Assembly: GCA_023474215.1 (NCBI GenBank)
Contig: JAMCYI010000007.1
Span: 1-42,968 of the forward strand
Origin: Patescibacteria group bacterium
GTDB taxonomy: Bacteria; Patescibacteriota; Minisyncoccia; UBA6257; GWB1-50-10
Reading direction: 5' to 3'
DNA: 42,968 bases
Shown: positions 9,584 through 17,706 of the stretch, piece by piece
Numbering within the stretch: position 1 is the first letter of the stretch
Layout: every line of letters begins with the position of its first letter
Program-made: the position numbers and the translations under genes
Notes under the pieces: model-generated
The model's database searches: none
Told to the model about the DNA's origin: nothing
Seen by the model: only the letters and a program-made list of their open reading frames with translations

Positions 9584-9991
9584 ATGACAACTCAAACGGA
9601 TGCCCCCTTGAACGGCGTGACCGTCCTTATTGCCGACGACGATCCGCTTATTTGCCAGCTGTACCGAGAAACCGTGGAACGGGCGGGCGGAAGTGCCGTC
9701 GTGGCAGTCGACGGCGGCGATGCGCTCCGGAAACTCGGAGAAGCGAGCGTTGATTTGATCCTCCTTGATATTAAAATGCCGAATATGAACGGCTATGAGG
9801 TGGTTCGAAGGCTGCGGAGCGACCCGAAAACGAAGGACATTCCGGTCTTTATTCTCACGAGCCTCGATACTCATCCGGAATACTTGGAAGAGACGACTGG
9901 CGTAAAGGTGGATGAATATATCATCAAAACGAAAATACTGCCGGATGAGATCGTGGGAAAGATACGCGAACACTTGAAGAAAGAAAATTAA
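9584..9991 (+). CDS. Stand-alone response regulator receiver (CheY-like)
   Basis: IADDD, LLDIKMPNMNG, ILTS, YIIK. Confidence 0.92.
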   Translation: MTTQTDAPLNGVTVLIADDDPLICQLYRETVERAGGSAVVAVDGGDALRKLGEASVDLILLDIKMPNMNGYEVVRRLRSDPKTKDIPVFILTSLDTHPEYLEETTGVKVDEYIIKTKILPDEIVGKIREHLKKEN

Positions 9992-9996
9992 AAATC

Positions 9997-10034
9997 AAAC
10001 GGCATCTTTGGACAAGATGCCGTTTTTTTATTTT
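9997..10034. terminator. Rho-independent terminator between convergent genes
   Basis: AAACGGCATCTT-TGGAC-AAGATGCCGTTT followed by a T-tract. Confidence 0.8.
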
Positions 10035-10043
10035 GCCTTACGG

Positions 10044-10610
10044 TCAGTTATACATGATCCCCCGCGTGAGCCGGAATCCTCGTATCGCCTTCAGCGCCAC
10101 CTCGTAGGCAGCGAACAACACAAAGCTGTACGCGAACGTACTGAGGAAAGTGTTCCCGAGGAACGGTACAGCGGCGACATAGCATGCAACGAGTCCGTTC
10201 CAGGTTATGGGGTACATTCCGCTTGCTGCCCACACGCCGAAGTTCGATATCAAAAAGAATGTTATCGAACCAGCAAGGGACCCTGCGAACGATGCAGGAA
10301 CTACCTTCTTTCCGCCGATTTCCTTCCTGTGCATGGTAAGAGCCATGCCAATCACCATGACAAGAATGACGGCAAGGTAATCAACTCCCGCCACGATACC
10401 GAAGTGATATTGTCCGGGATGGTAGTACATCCAAAGGGCATCGCTGAATGCCATGGAACCGAATGCAACGAGCGTTCCGCGCGCCCCTCCCAGATACGCT
10501 CCCGCAAAGAGAGCAGCTGCCAAGACCGCGGTGAAATTCGGTGCGGGTTCTGTAAATCTGGAAATGGTCGCAATGGCAATCAATGCGATTGCCAACAATG
10601 TTTTTTTCAT
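10044..10610 (-). CDS. DUF6580-like putative membrane transporter (ECF S-component-like)
   Basis: PNFTAVLAAALFAGAY, FFLISNFGVW, YP....GLVACYVAAVPF; 5-6 TM helices. Confidence 0.75.
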   Translation of the reverse strand: MKKTLLAIALIAIATISRFTEPAPNFTAVLAAALFAGAYLGGARGTLVAFGSMAFSDALWMYYHPGQYHFGIVAGVDYLAVILVMVIGMALTMHRKEIGGKKVVPASFAGSLAGSITFFLISNFGVWAASGMYPITWNGLVACYVAAVPFLGNTFLSTFAYSFVLFAAYEVALKAIRGFRLTRGIMYN

Positions 10611-10690
10611 TTTTATCTCCTTACTTTATTTTTCAGATATTCAGCTTATATTCAAATGTTAAGAAGCTGACTTGGGATTTCCAGTATATC

Positions 10691-11245
10691 CTACCCCAGC
10701 TTCCTTGTCCACGCGACAAGCGCTTCGATCATTTCTTTCACCTTGGCCTTCGTCGCTTCGTCTGTGAGGTTGCCACCCGCATCGAATTTGTCCTGGATCA
10801 TCGAGACCATCACCTCGGGTTTATTCAAGGGGTGCATATCGAGAAAAACCATCATCTGGCGCAAGTGATACTGGGCGCGGGAACCGCCCAGCATACCAAC
10901 TGAGCCGCTTATGATGGCCGCGGGCTTGCCAGACCAAGCGCTCTCCCCGTACGGACGGGACCCGCAATCAATGGCGTTTTTGAGGGCGCCCGACACGGAA
11001 TAGTTGTACTCCGGCGTCACAAAAAGCACCGCGTCACTTTCTTTGATTTTCTTCTTGAATTCCTTGACCGCTTCCGGCATATCCATTTCCCAGTCTTGAT
11101 TAAAAAGCGGCAATCCGCCGATGTCGACGATTTCCACTTCCGCGTCCTCAAATTTCATCCCCGCCGCCGCTTTCAGAAGCTTCGTATGAAACGACTCTTT
11201 CCGCAAACTCCCCGAAATACCCACGATCTTTATTTTATCGTTCAT
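10691..11245 (-). CDS. NAD(P)H-dependent FMN reductase (ChrR/SsuE family)
   Basis: GISGSLRKES, VTPEYNYSVSGALKNAID, GGSRAQYHLRQ; start MNDKIK. Confidence 0.93.
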   Translation of the reverse strand: MNDKIKIVGISGSLRKESFHTKLLKAAAGMKFEDAEVEIVDIGGLPLFNQDWEMDMPEAVKEFKKKIKESDAVLFVTPEYNYSVSGALKNAIDCGSRPYGESAWSGKPAAIISGSVGMLGGSRAQYHLRQMMVFLDMHPLNKPEVMVSMIQDKFDAGGNLTDEATKAKVKEMIEALVAWTRKLG

Positions 11246-11249
11246 GCCA

Positions 11250-11558
11250 TTATTTGTTTTTATTTTTCGTATTTGACCTTTGTTTTTTGACATCGCTGAC
11301 CAAGTTCATCAGAAGGTCGAGCGTATATTTGGAATTTAAAGTGTAGAATATCTCCTGGCCGCGCCGCTCGTCGATGACCAGATTGCAGGCCTTCAGAACT
11401 TTCAGATGCTGGGAAACCGCCGGCTGGGAAAGTTTCACGATCCCGACGAGCTCCCCGACGGTCTTCCGGCCCTTCAGAAGCGCTTCGATGATGCGGTAGC
11501 GCGAGGCATTGCCGATGCCCTTGCCGAATTTCTCTATCTCGCTGCACAAATCACTCAT
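11250..11558 (-). CDS. ArsR/SmtB family transcriptional regulator
   Basis: SRYRII..L...TVGEL...LSQPAVSQHLKVLK..NLV..ERRG..IFY. Confidence 0.92.
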   Translation of the reverse strand: MSDLCSEIEKFGKGIGNASRYRIIEALLKGRKTVGELVGIVKLSQPAVSQHLKVLKACNLVIDERRGQEIFYTLNSKYTLDLLMNLVSDVKKQRSNTKNKNK

Positions 11559-11594
11559 ATATAAACATATTAGCATATGCTTATATATTGTCAA
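11557..11594 (-). promoter_or_regulatory. Sigma70 promoter overlapped by a 14-4-14 inverted repeat (probable ArsR operator)
   Basis: TTGACA (11594-11589)-N16-TAATAT with extended TG; IR ATATATAAACATAT / ATATGCTTATATAT. Confidence 0.8.
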
Positions 11595-11602
11595 CCCCAA
11601 CC

Positions 11603-11629
11603 AAAAACCGCCCGGAAAGGACGGTTTTT
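11603..11629 (-). terminator. Rho-independent terminator of zwf-gnd
   Basis: AAAAACCGTCC-TTTCC-GGGCGGTTTTT on the minus strand. Confidence 0.75.
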
Positions 11630-11634
11630 GAATA

Positions 11635-14001
11635 TCAGCGCCTTTTCGGTCCCTTTATGGAATGTCCACCAAATTGATTCCGCAGCATCGAAAGGATCTG
11701 ACCGATGTAACTCGGATGTTTTTCCGATTGGACTCGGAAATCGAACGAATCCTTGATCACTTTGACCGACACGCCGAGTTTCTTCGCCGTCTTCACGGTC
11801 CACTCGCCTTCCCCGGTATGCGCCACGGTTCCCGAAACACCCCTCAAGTCGTCGCCGTACTCCGCAAAACCTGATTTCAGCCAATCAACAAGGCGCGACG
11901 TGATGACGCTCCCGTGGCCGTATACCCGCGCGATCTCCTGTAAATCCAGCGCGAGCTTCGATTTCTTGATGACCGCGAACCCTTCCGCCAGAGCCTGCAT
12001 CATGCCGTACTCGATTCCGTTATGGACCATCTTCACGAAATGCCCCGCGCCATGGCGACCCATATACCCATAGCCATCCTTGAGTGCGAGATCGAAGAAG
12101 AGCGGCTCGAGATAGTCGAAATCTTTCCGATCGCCGCCCACCATGAGGGATGCCCCGTTCAGGGCGCCTCCCGGTCCCCCTGAAACGCCCACATCGATAA
12201 ACCGGATGCCTGCTTTTTGAAGTTTCTTCGCGCGCGTGATTGAATCTTCAAAAAACGAATTGCCCCCGTCAACGATGACATCTCCTTTTTTCAAATATCT
12301 GAGGATCCCCCCACTTCCGAAAATCATTTCATCAACCGTCTTGCCGGCGGGAACCATAAGCCATACGACTTTTGGAGAAGGGAGTTTCGAGACAAGTTCC
12401 TCGATCGAAGAAGCCGCAATAAGGCCTTCCTTTCCCATATTCCTTGCAATTTCGGTCGTCCGGTTCCATACATGGACTTTCCACCCCTTCCCATGCAATT
12501 GCCGTGCGAGCGCGGCGCCCATCTTCCCCAAACCAACAATGCCGATTTCTTTCGGCATGCCGACTGAAACGGCCGGCCCGTCCACAACTTCAGCCTCCTT
12601 TGCAATGCGGCTTGAATCGGGCTCATAACGCATCAAGGGAACTGTCCCCCTTCGCCATCCGGCGATGATCGGATCGATGAATTTCCACATCGCCTTGATT
12701 TCGCCCGATGAAACGAAGAGTGTTTGATCGTCTGAAATGCAATCAAAAAGGAGCTTCTCGTATTCTTCGGTATACTGAGAGTGTTCGCCGCTCCTCCTGA
12801 ATTCGAAACCGAGCGTACGTTTCTCAAGCTCCATCCGGTGCCCCGGCTTTTTAGACCAAAAACATACCGTAATCCCCTCCTTCGGTTCGAGATGGATGGT
12901 AAGTGAATCTTTGTACGGCGTGTCGTTCCTGAAAACGACTTCGATCTCCTTCAGGGGCTTTCCCATCCGCTTTCCGGATTCCAAGGTGATGTCGACACCC
13001 TGCCAGCGGGGATGCATAAGCGCGGCCTTGATCTTGAAATAGGTTTCAGTATCCGAGTCGGTCGTAACGCCCTTGATCGTTCGGTAACCATTGTACTGGG
13101 CGCGGAAAGTTCCTCTTTGAACCTCGCCGGCCGAGGGCGTTTTCAACGTTTCGATGATCCTCGCCCGTTCCCGCCTGATGTCCTCGGCCGAAAACGATGC
13201 CGGCTTTTCCATCGCAATGAGCGCGAGCATTTGAAGCAGATGATTTTGCCCGACGTCCCGGAGGGCCCCCACACCGTCGTAAAACCCTCCCCGCTCTTCG
13301 ACGCCGATCGATTCCCAAAGGCGGATATGAATGCTTTCGATAAGCTCCTTATCCCACGCCGACTCGAAGAGATTGTTCGAGAAACGGAATACCAGGATGT
13401 TTTGAAGCATCTCTTTTGCAAGGTAGTGATCGATCCGGTAAATTTGTTTTTCCTTGAACAGTTTGTCGAGCAGGCCGTCGAGCGCCTTCGCGCTTTTTTC
13501 GTCGCTCCCGAACGGCTTTTCGACAATGACGCGCGTCCACCCTTCGTCGGGCCCGCCGCACGGCTCATTCAGACCCGTTGCCGCAAGATTGTTCAAAATT
13601 TCCGGATACATCCGGGGCGGAACGGCCAAATACAAAAGTTTATTGGAACACATGCCCCATGATTCATCGATCGATTGCAGCGTCTTCGCTAGGGCTTCGA
13701 AGTCTTTCTTGCTCTCGAATGTTCCCCGCTGATACGAATAGAGGGACAGGAAATCCTTAATGATCGTATCACTCTTCTTCACTTTGTGGCGCTTCGCGAG
13801 AACCTCGAATGCCCGATCCCGGAGATCTTGGTCGGTAAGATCGCGCCGCGCAAAACCGACGAGGCGAAACCGTTCGGGAAGCAAACCTTTCTGATAAAGA
13901 TTGAAAAGCGAGGGAACGATCTTTTTCCCCATAAGGTCTCCTGTTGCCCCCAAAACCACGACAATGGTCGGTATTTGCGGCGTCTTCGTTTTCTTTTTCA
14001 T
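11635..14001 (-). CDS. zwf: Fused glucose-6-phosphate dehydrogenase / 6-phosphogluconate dehydrogenase (Zwf-Gnd)
   Basis: GATGDL, EKPFG and RIDHYLAKE (G6PD), then GLGKMG, DGGNS, VSGG, KMVHNGIEY and LRNQFGGH (short YqeC-type 6PGDH) in one ORF. Confidence 0.92.
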   Translation of the reverse strand: MKKKTKTPQIPTIVVVLGATGDLMGKKIVPSLFNLYQKGLLPERFRLVGFARRDLTDQDLRDRAFEVLAKRHKVKKSDTIIKDFLSLYSYQRGTFESKKDFEALAKTLQSIDESWGMCSNKLLYLAVPPRMYPEILNNLAATGLNEPCGGPDEGWTRVIVEKPFGSDEKSAKALDGLLDKLFKEKQIYRIDHYLAKEMLQNILVFRFSNNLFESAWDKELIESIHIRLWESIGVEERGGFYDGVGALRDVGQNHLLQMLALIAMEKPASFSAEDIRRERARIIETLKTPSAGEVQRGTFRAQYNGYRTIKGVTTDSDTETYFKIKAALMHPRWQGVDITLESGKRMGKPLKEIEVVFRNDTPYKDSLTIHLEPKEGITVCFWSKKPGHRMELEKRTLGFEFRRSGEHSQYTEEYEKLLFDCISDDQTLFVSSGEIKAMWKFIDPIIAGWRRGTVPLMRYEPDSSRIAKEAEVVDGPAVSVGMPKEIGIVGLGKMGAALARQLHGKGWKVHVWNRTTEIARNMGKEGLIAASSIEELVSKLPSPKVVWLMVPAGKTVDEMIFGSGGILRYLKKGDVIVDGGNSFFEDSITRAKKLQKAGIRFIDVGVSGGPGGALNGASLMVGGDRKDFDYLEPLFFDLALKDGYGYMGRHGAGHFVKMVHNGIEYGMMQALAEGFAVIKKSKLALDLQEIARVYGHGSVITSRLVDWLKSGFAEYGDDLRGVSGTVAHTGEGEWTVKTAKKLGVSVKVIKDSFDFRVQSEKHPSYIGQILSMLRNQFGGHSIKGPKRR

Positions 14002-14070
14002 GATTGTTTATACATTTTATACCTTTGTAAGGGATACGCAAAAACCGGGAAAATGTTCCCTAAAAACATG

Positions 14071-14105
14071 AAGAGCGCTCAAGATTTGAATCTTGGCGCT
14101 CTTTT
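14071..14105. terminator. Hairpin, probable terminator after the cysteine-synthase-like gene
   Basis: AAGAGCGC(T)CAAGATT-TG-AATCTTGGCGCTCTT. Confidence 0.55.
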
Positions 14106-14118
14106 GCGTCAACGGAAA

Positions 14119-15165
14119 CTACAAGATTTCCCATGGCATCGGCGCCGTGGAGGGTCTTTGCCACTCGAGAGGCAGAAAAACGGTGAATCGGTCTGCCACG
14201 TACGGTCTGAAATTGTCATGAAATATCATGACAACCTTGATAATCCCGCTTTTTTTGTGGCGGAGACGGTCAAGTGTCCCCTTTTCCTTTTCGGATCTCA
14301 GGAACTTCAAACCAGCGGCATACGTGAGTCCACTGCTCACCCCAGGAGTTATTCCCTGGTGCCAGGCAAAGTGGAGCGCAGAGAGATACGAAACCCTCGT
14401 CTCGACCTCAATCCGCTCATCGATGGCATCCCGCCAGGGAAGGAGAATCTCTTTCATTCCCATAAGATCGCGTACGCCGGGAACTTCGTGGCCCGGAGCA
14501 CACATAGCTCCAACCACCGTCACTTTCCCGTCGAGCTTCTCCCGTACCCCTCCACCGATTCCGACAACCGAACCACCCGTACCGACCGGTACGACAAGTG
14601 TCGTCACTTGAGGTACCTGAGCTAAAATCCGCGGAGCAGCCCACGTTCGATAGAAGGAAGCATTGGCGGGGTTGGCATACTGATCCAGATCCAACCAACC
14701 TTCCGGTGACATTGTCCATTCTCCGTCGGGTTTCCATCCACCGCCGCCGAGCTTCCGCGCGGTCGCAATCGGACTTAACCCTTCAAGAGGTGGAATGATA
14801 TGTGCACCGACCAAGTACGGGGGATATTTTTTACCGTGCGGAACATCCTCCTTCATGACCAAGGTTATCTTCGGAATGTTGAACGGCTCCGCTGGAGCAA
14901 TCGCCGCCATAACCAATCCGAAAGCACCGGACGTTCCGTCGATCAGCGTTTTTACCCCTTCAAGCATTCCCTTCGCCTTTGCATCTTGGAGAAGCCCCAA
15001 GACAGCCAAAAACTTCATCGTCTCGTAAGGCATTGAGTATCCAAGAACGGCATACATTTCAACCTTATCTTCCTTGAAGGGATTCAACGCATCAGCTACC
15101 GGAACGACCAAAAGAGGCCAATCTCTGTGCTTATCCGCAAACGTCTCTAGATAAAAGTTCTTCAT
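14119..15165 (-). CDS. Divergent PLP-dependent cysteine-synthase-like (fold type II) enzyme
   Basis: GTSGAFG, LDQYANPAN, VGTGGS, GVSSG; probable PLP lysine in ETMK; SD GAGGTG. Confidence 0.8.
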   Translation of the reverse strand: MKNFYLETFADKHRDWPLLVVPVADALNPFKEDKVEMYAVLGYSMPYETMKFLAVLGLLQDAKAKGMLEGVKTLIDGTSGAFGLVMAAIAPAEPFNIPKITLVMKEDVPHGKKYPPYLVGAHIIPPLEGLSPIATARKLGGGGWKPDGEWTMSPEGWLDLDQYANPANASFYRTWAAPRILAQVPQVTTLVVPVGTGGSVVGIGGGVREKLDGKVTVVGAMCAPGHEVPGVRDLMGMKEILLPWRDAIDERIEVETRVSYLSALHFAWHQGITPGVSSGLTYAAGLKFLRSEKEKGTLDRLRHKKSGIIKVVMIFHDNFRPYVADRFTVFLPLEWQRPSTAPMPWEIL

Positions 15166-15236
15166 ATTATCACCTCATTTTGATGAACTTCCCCCAGTTT
15201 GCCTCTCTTTAAAGCCATCTGTCAAACCCCACAACA

Positions 15237-16760
15237 TCAAGCAAACCCCGGGAAAAAGTCGGATTTCACGTTTTTCTTTTCGACACCCATATCGTGCAGA
15301 ACTTTCTTCACGTGCTCCACCATGGCATTGGTGCCGGAAATATAAAACAATCTCTCCCGATAATCGGGGATGCGCTTTCGGATCATTTCGCCGTCGATGC
15401 GCCCCCGTTCACCTTTCCATCCCGGAGGAGCCTCGCCCGTCAGGGTATAGATCGTCTTCATGCCGAGCGATTGCTCCGCTCCATCAAAAACATCGCGGTA
15501 TGCCAAGTCATCGGCCGTCCGCGCCGAATAAAGGAGAATGATCGGGCGGCGGTCATGCATATCCACGAGATACCGCACCATGCTCCGGATCGGCGTGACG
15601 CCGATGCCGCCCGCGATAAGAACCAACTTTTTCGACTTGTCGCGCGGCAGCGTAAAATCGCCCGAAAGCTGCGATGCGACAATGGTATCACCCTTTTGCA
15701 TGGTACCGAGCGCCTTTTTGAACGAGCTGGGATTCGGGTTGAACCGCACCCCCATCCGCATATCGCGTTCGGTCGGTGACGACGCAATGGTAAAGTAGCG
15801 GCGGTTGCCGCGCGAATCGGGATGCGCGTGCGAAAGCGTCCACTCGAGATACTGCCCCGGCTTGAAGCTCAATTTTTCATCCGTCTTGAAAACGAAATCG
15901 TAAAGATTGGTGCCGATCTTCTTCCGCTCGGCAAGCGTCAGGATCAATTTTTTCTTCGAGCTCACGAGATACGAAAAAACGTTCCCGGCAATGAGTGCAA
16001 GTTCCGGCGAGAAATAAAACGACCCGAGGTGCACTTGCGGCGCAAAGAGGAAGCCGACGAGCATCCCATACATCATCCGAAGATTTTCCGTGGGCGGCGC
16101 CGTGAGGGGCTCCGTGAGCATCACGAACGCGAAGAAAAAGAGCGGCGAATCAAGAAGGGCTTGGGACATGAGCCTTGCGATATCCTGGCCGGCAGCGATC
16201 CCGAGAAACAAGGCGGTAACGAGCGCCGTTGCAAGGAAACTGAAAACTAAATCAGACCGCAGAAGTTTTCTGACCATCAAAATGCCTCCCGCAAGAACAA
16301 ACGGCAAAAGAGATACGGTCCCAACCCACCAGCTCGCCGCTTGATTGATCGTCAAGGCCGTCAGCGCAACGCCGAACGCCGCTGGATTGAACAGGTGTTT
16401 CTTTTTGATCGCAAAAATATACTTCGAAGCCATGGCCCAAATGGAAGCCCACACGGCGATCGAAAAATAAGAAGCGGCATGAGATCCGGAAAAAGGCGTT
16501 ATGATGAGGGTCAAGATGAGCGCGGTAATGTAAACCGACTCGACGTTCGTCTGCGCCCTGAAAACACGCGCAAAAACGGAGTTGGCTATCCAAGAAACGC
16601 CCGTTATAAAGAGAGCTGAAAATAAAAGGCCGACCGGGCTGTAGGGAAGAATGCGGACGGCCGAAAAAACGACGGCGACCAAAAGAAGCCCGAGGAGGTA
16701 GTAAAGCACCACCCGGTACATCGTCGTGTTATTCAAAAATCTATCAATGAAACGCAACAT
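15237..16760 (-). CDS. NqrB/RnfD-like membrane domain fused to a ferredoxin-NADP reductase-type FAD/NAD(P)-binding domain
   Basis: KHLFNPAAFG and MLTEPLTAP (NqrB/RnfD-like), then FKPGQY, RYFTIASSP, IAGGIGVTP and FYISG. Confidence 0.85.
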   Translation of the reverse strand: MLRFIDRFLNNTTMYRVVLYYLLGLLLVAVVFSAVRILPYSPVGLLFSALFITGVSWIANSVFARVFRAQTNVESVYITALILTLIITPFSGSHAASYFSIAVWASIWAMASKYIFAIKKKHLFNPAAFGVALTALTINQAASWWVGTVSLLPFVLAGGILMVRKLLRSDLVFSFLATALVTALFLGIAAGQDIARLMSQALLDSPLFFFAFVMLTEPLTAPPTENLRMMYGMLVGFLFAPQVHLGSFYFSPELALIAGNVFSYLVSSKKKLILTLAERKKIGTNLYDFVFKTDEKLSFKPGQYLEWTLSHAHPDSRGNRRYFTIASSPTERDMRMGVRFNPNPSSFKKALGTMQKGDTIVASQLSGDFTLPRDKSKKLVLIAGGIGVTPIRSMVRYLVDMHDRRPIILLYSARTADDLAYRDVFDGAEQSLGMKTIYTLTGEAPPGWKGERGRIDGEMIRKRIPDYRERLFYISGTNAMVEHVKKVLHDMGVEKKNVKSDFFPGFA

Positions 16761-16774
16761 AAAATTTGATCTTC

Positions 16775-16912
16775 CAACCAATCCATCGTTAAGTCAGCCG
16801 TCTCGCAGGGTGAACGGGCACGGTTCGAGCGAAGCGAGAGAGCGAACCCGAGAGCGAGCCGAATTCCTCGCCGGGGAATTCGATAGCGTGCTGGCGTACG
16901 ATGGATTGGTTG
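16775..16912 (+). repeat. Structured intergenic element, copy 1 (15-bp closing stem, multi-stem core)
   Basis: CAACCAATCCATCGT...ACGATGGATTGGTTG; core homologous to 25018..25160. Confidence 0.8.
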
Positions 16913-16914
16913 AA

Positions 16915-17658
16915 TTAGAGCACATAATTTTCAAAGCCTGAAGTCATGGTTGCAATACCCCATCGATCGATCACATATCCTTCGATGCCCGGTACCTGCT
17001 CGATGAATTGAATGCCGCTTCTTCCCATCGCGAAAGCCGCCGTCGCGAATCGATCCGCTTCGTAAACGTTCGGTCCTACGACGCTCACGCTCACAATATC
17101 GGGATCGGCGGCTTTCCCCGTCTTCGGATTGTAAATATGGTTTCCCCGCTCATACGTCCCTGAAGTGGCGATGCCGCCGTCGGTCAATGCAACCTTCTTT
17201 ACGACCTCGCTGACATTGAAGGGATTTCGGATGCCGATGATCCATCGCTCACCTTTTCCATTGGCGCCGGAAACCTCGATATCCCCCCCTGCATCGACAT
17301 AAAAATTCTTAAAGCCCTTCTTCCTTAAAATGCCGGCGGCCCTCCAAATTGCCCATCCCTTTACCACACCGGAAGGATCGTAAGAACCGCCGGGAGTTTT
17401 TATGTCAAAATAGCCATTCGTCTCGTTCTTCGTTCTTTCGGCAAGATCGAAGATCTCTTTCATATCAGGACTCCACTGCGATCGATCGAGCTCCCCCCGA
17501 TTGATCCTCGTTATTTCGCTCGAACTTTTGAACGTGCTGAAGGTATCGTCAATATACTCAAAGTAAGAAAAAACGTCGTCGATATCGCGGGAATTCGCGC
17601 CGGGATCGGCGATCTCCACGGTGACGGGCATGCCCATCAGTATTTTCGTTTCCTTCAT
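16915..17658 (-). CDS. apbE: FAD:protein FMN transferase (ApbE family)
   Basis: LMGMPV, FSTFKSSSEITRIN, DPSGVVKGWA, DAGGDI, IATSGTYERGNHIYNP, ADRFATA. Confidence 0.9.
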   Translation of the reverse strand: MKETKILMGMPVTVEIADPGANSRDIDDVFSYFEYIDDTFSTFKSSSEITRINRGELDRSQWSPDMKEIFDLAERTKNETNGYFDIKTPGGSYDPSGVVKGWAIWRAAGILRKKGFKNFYVDAGGDIEVSGANGKGERWIIGIRNPFNVSEVVKKVALTDGGIATSGTYERGNHIYNPKTGKAADPDIVSVSVVGPNVYEADRFATAAFAMGRSGIQFIEQVPGIEGYVIDRWGIATMTSGFENYVL

Positions 17659-17706
17659 ATACGTACGCGATTCGATTCGTTTTCGTTTCAAGAACCCAGC
17701 CGGTCT

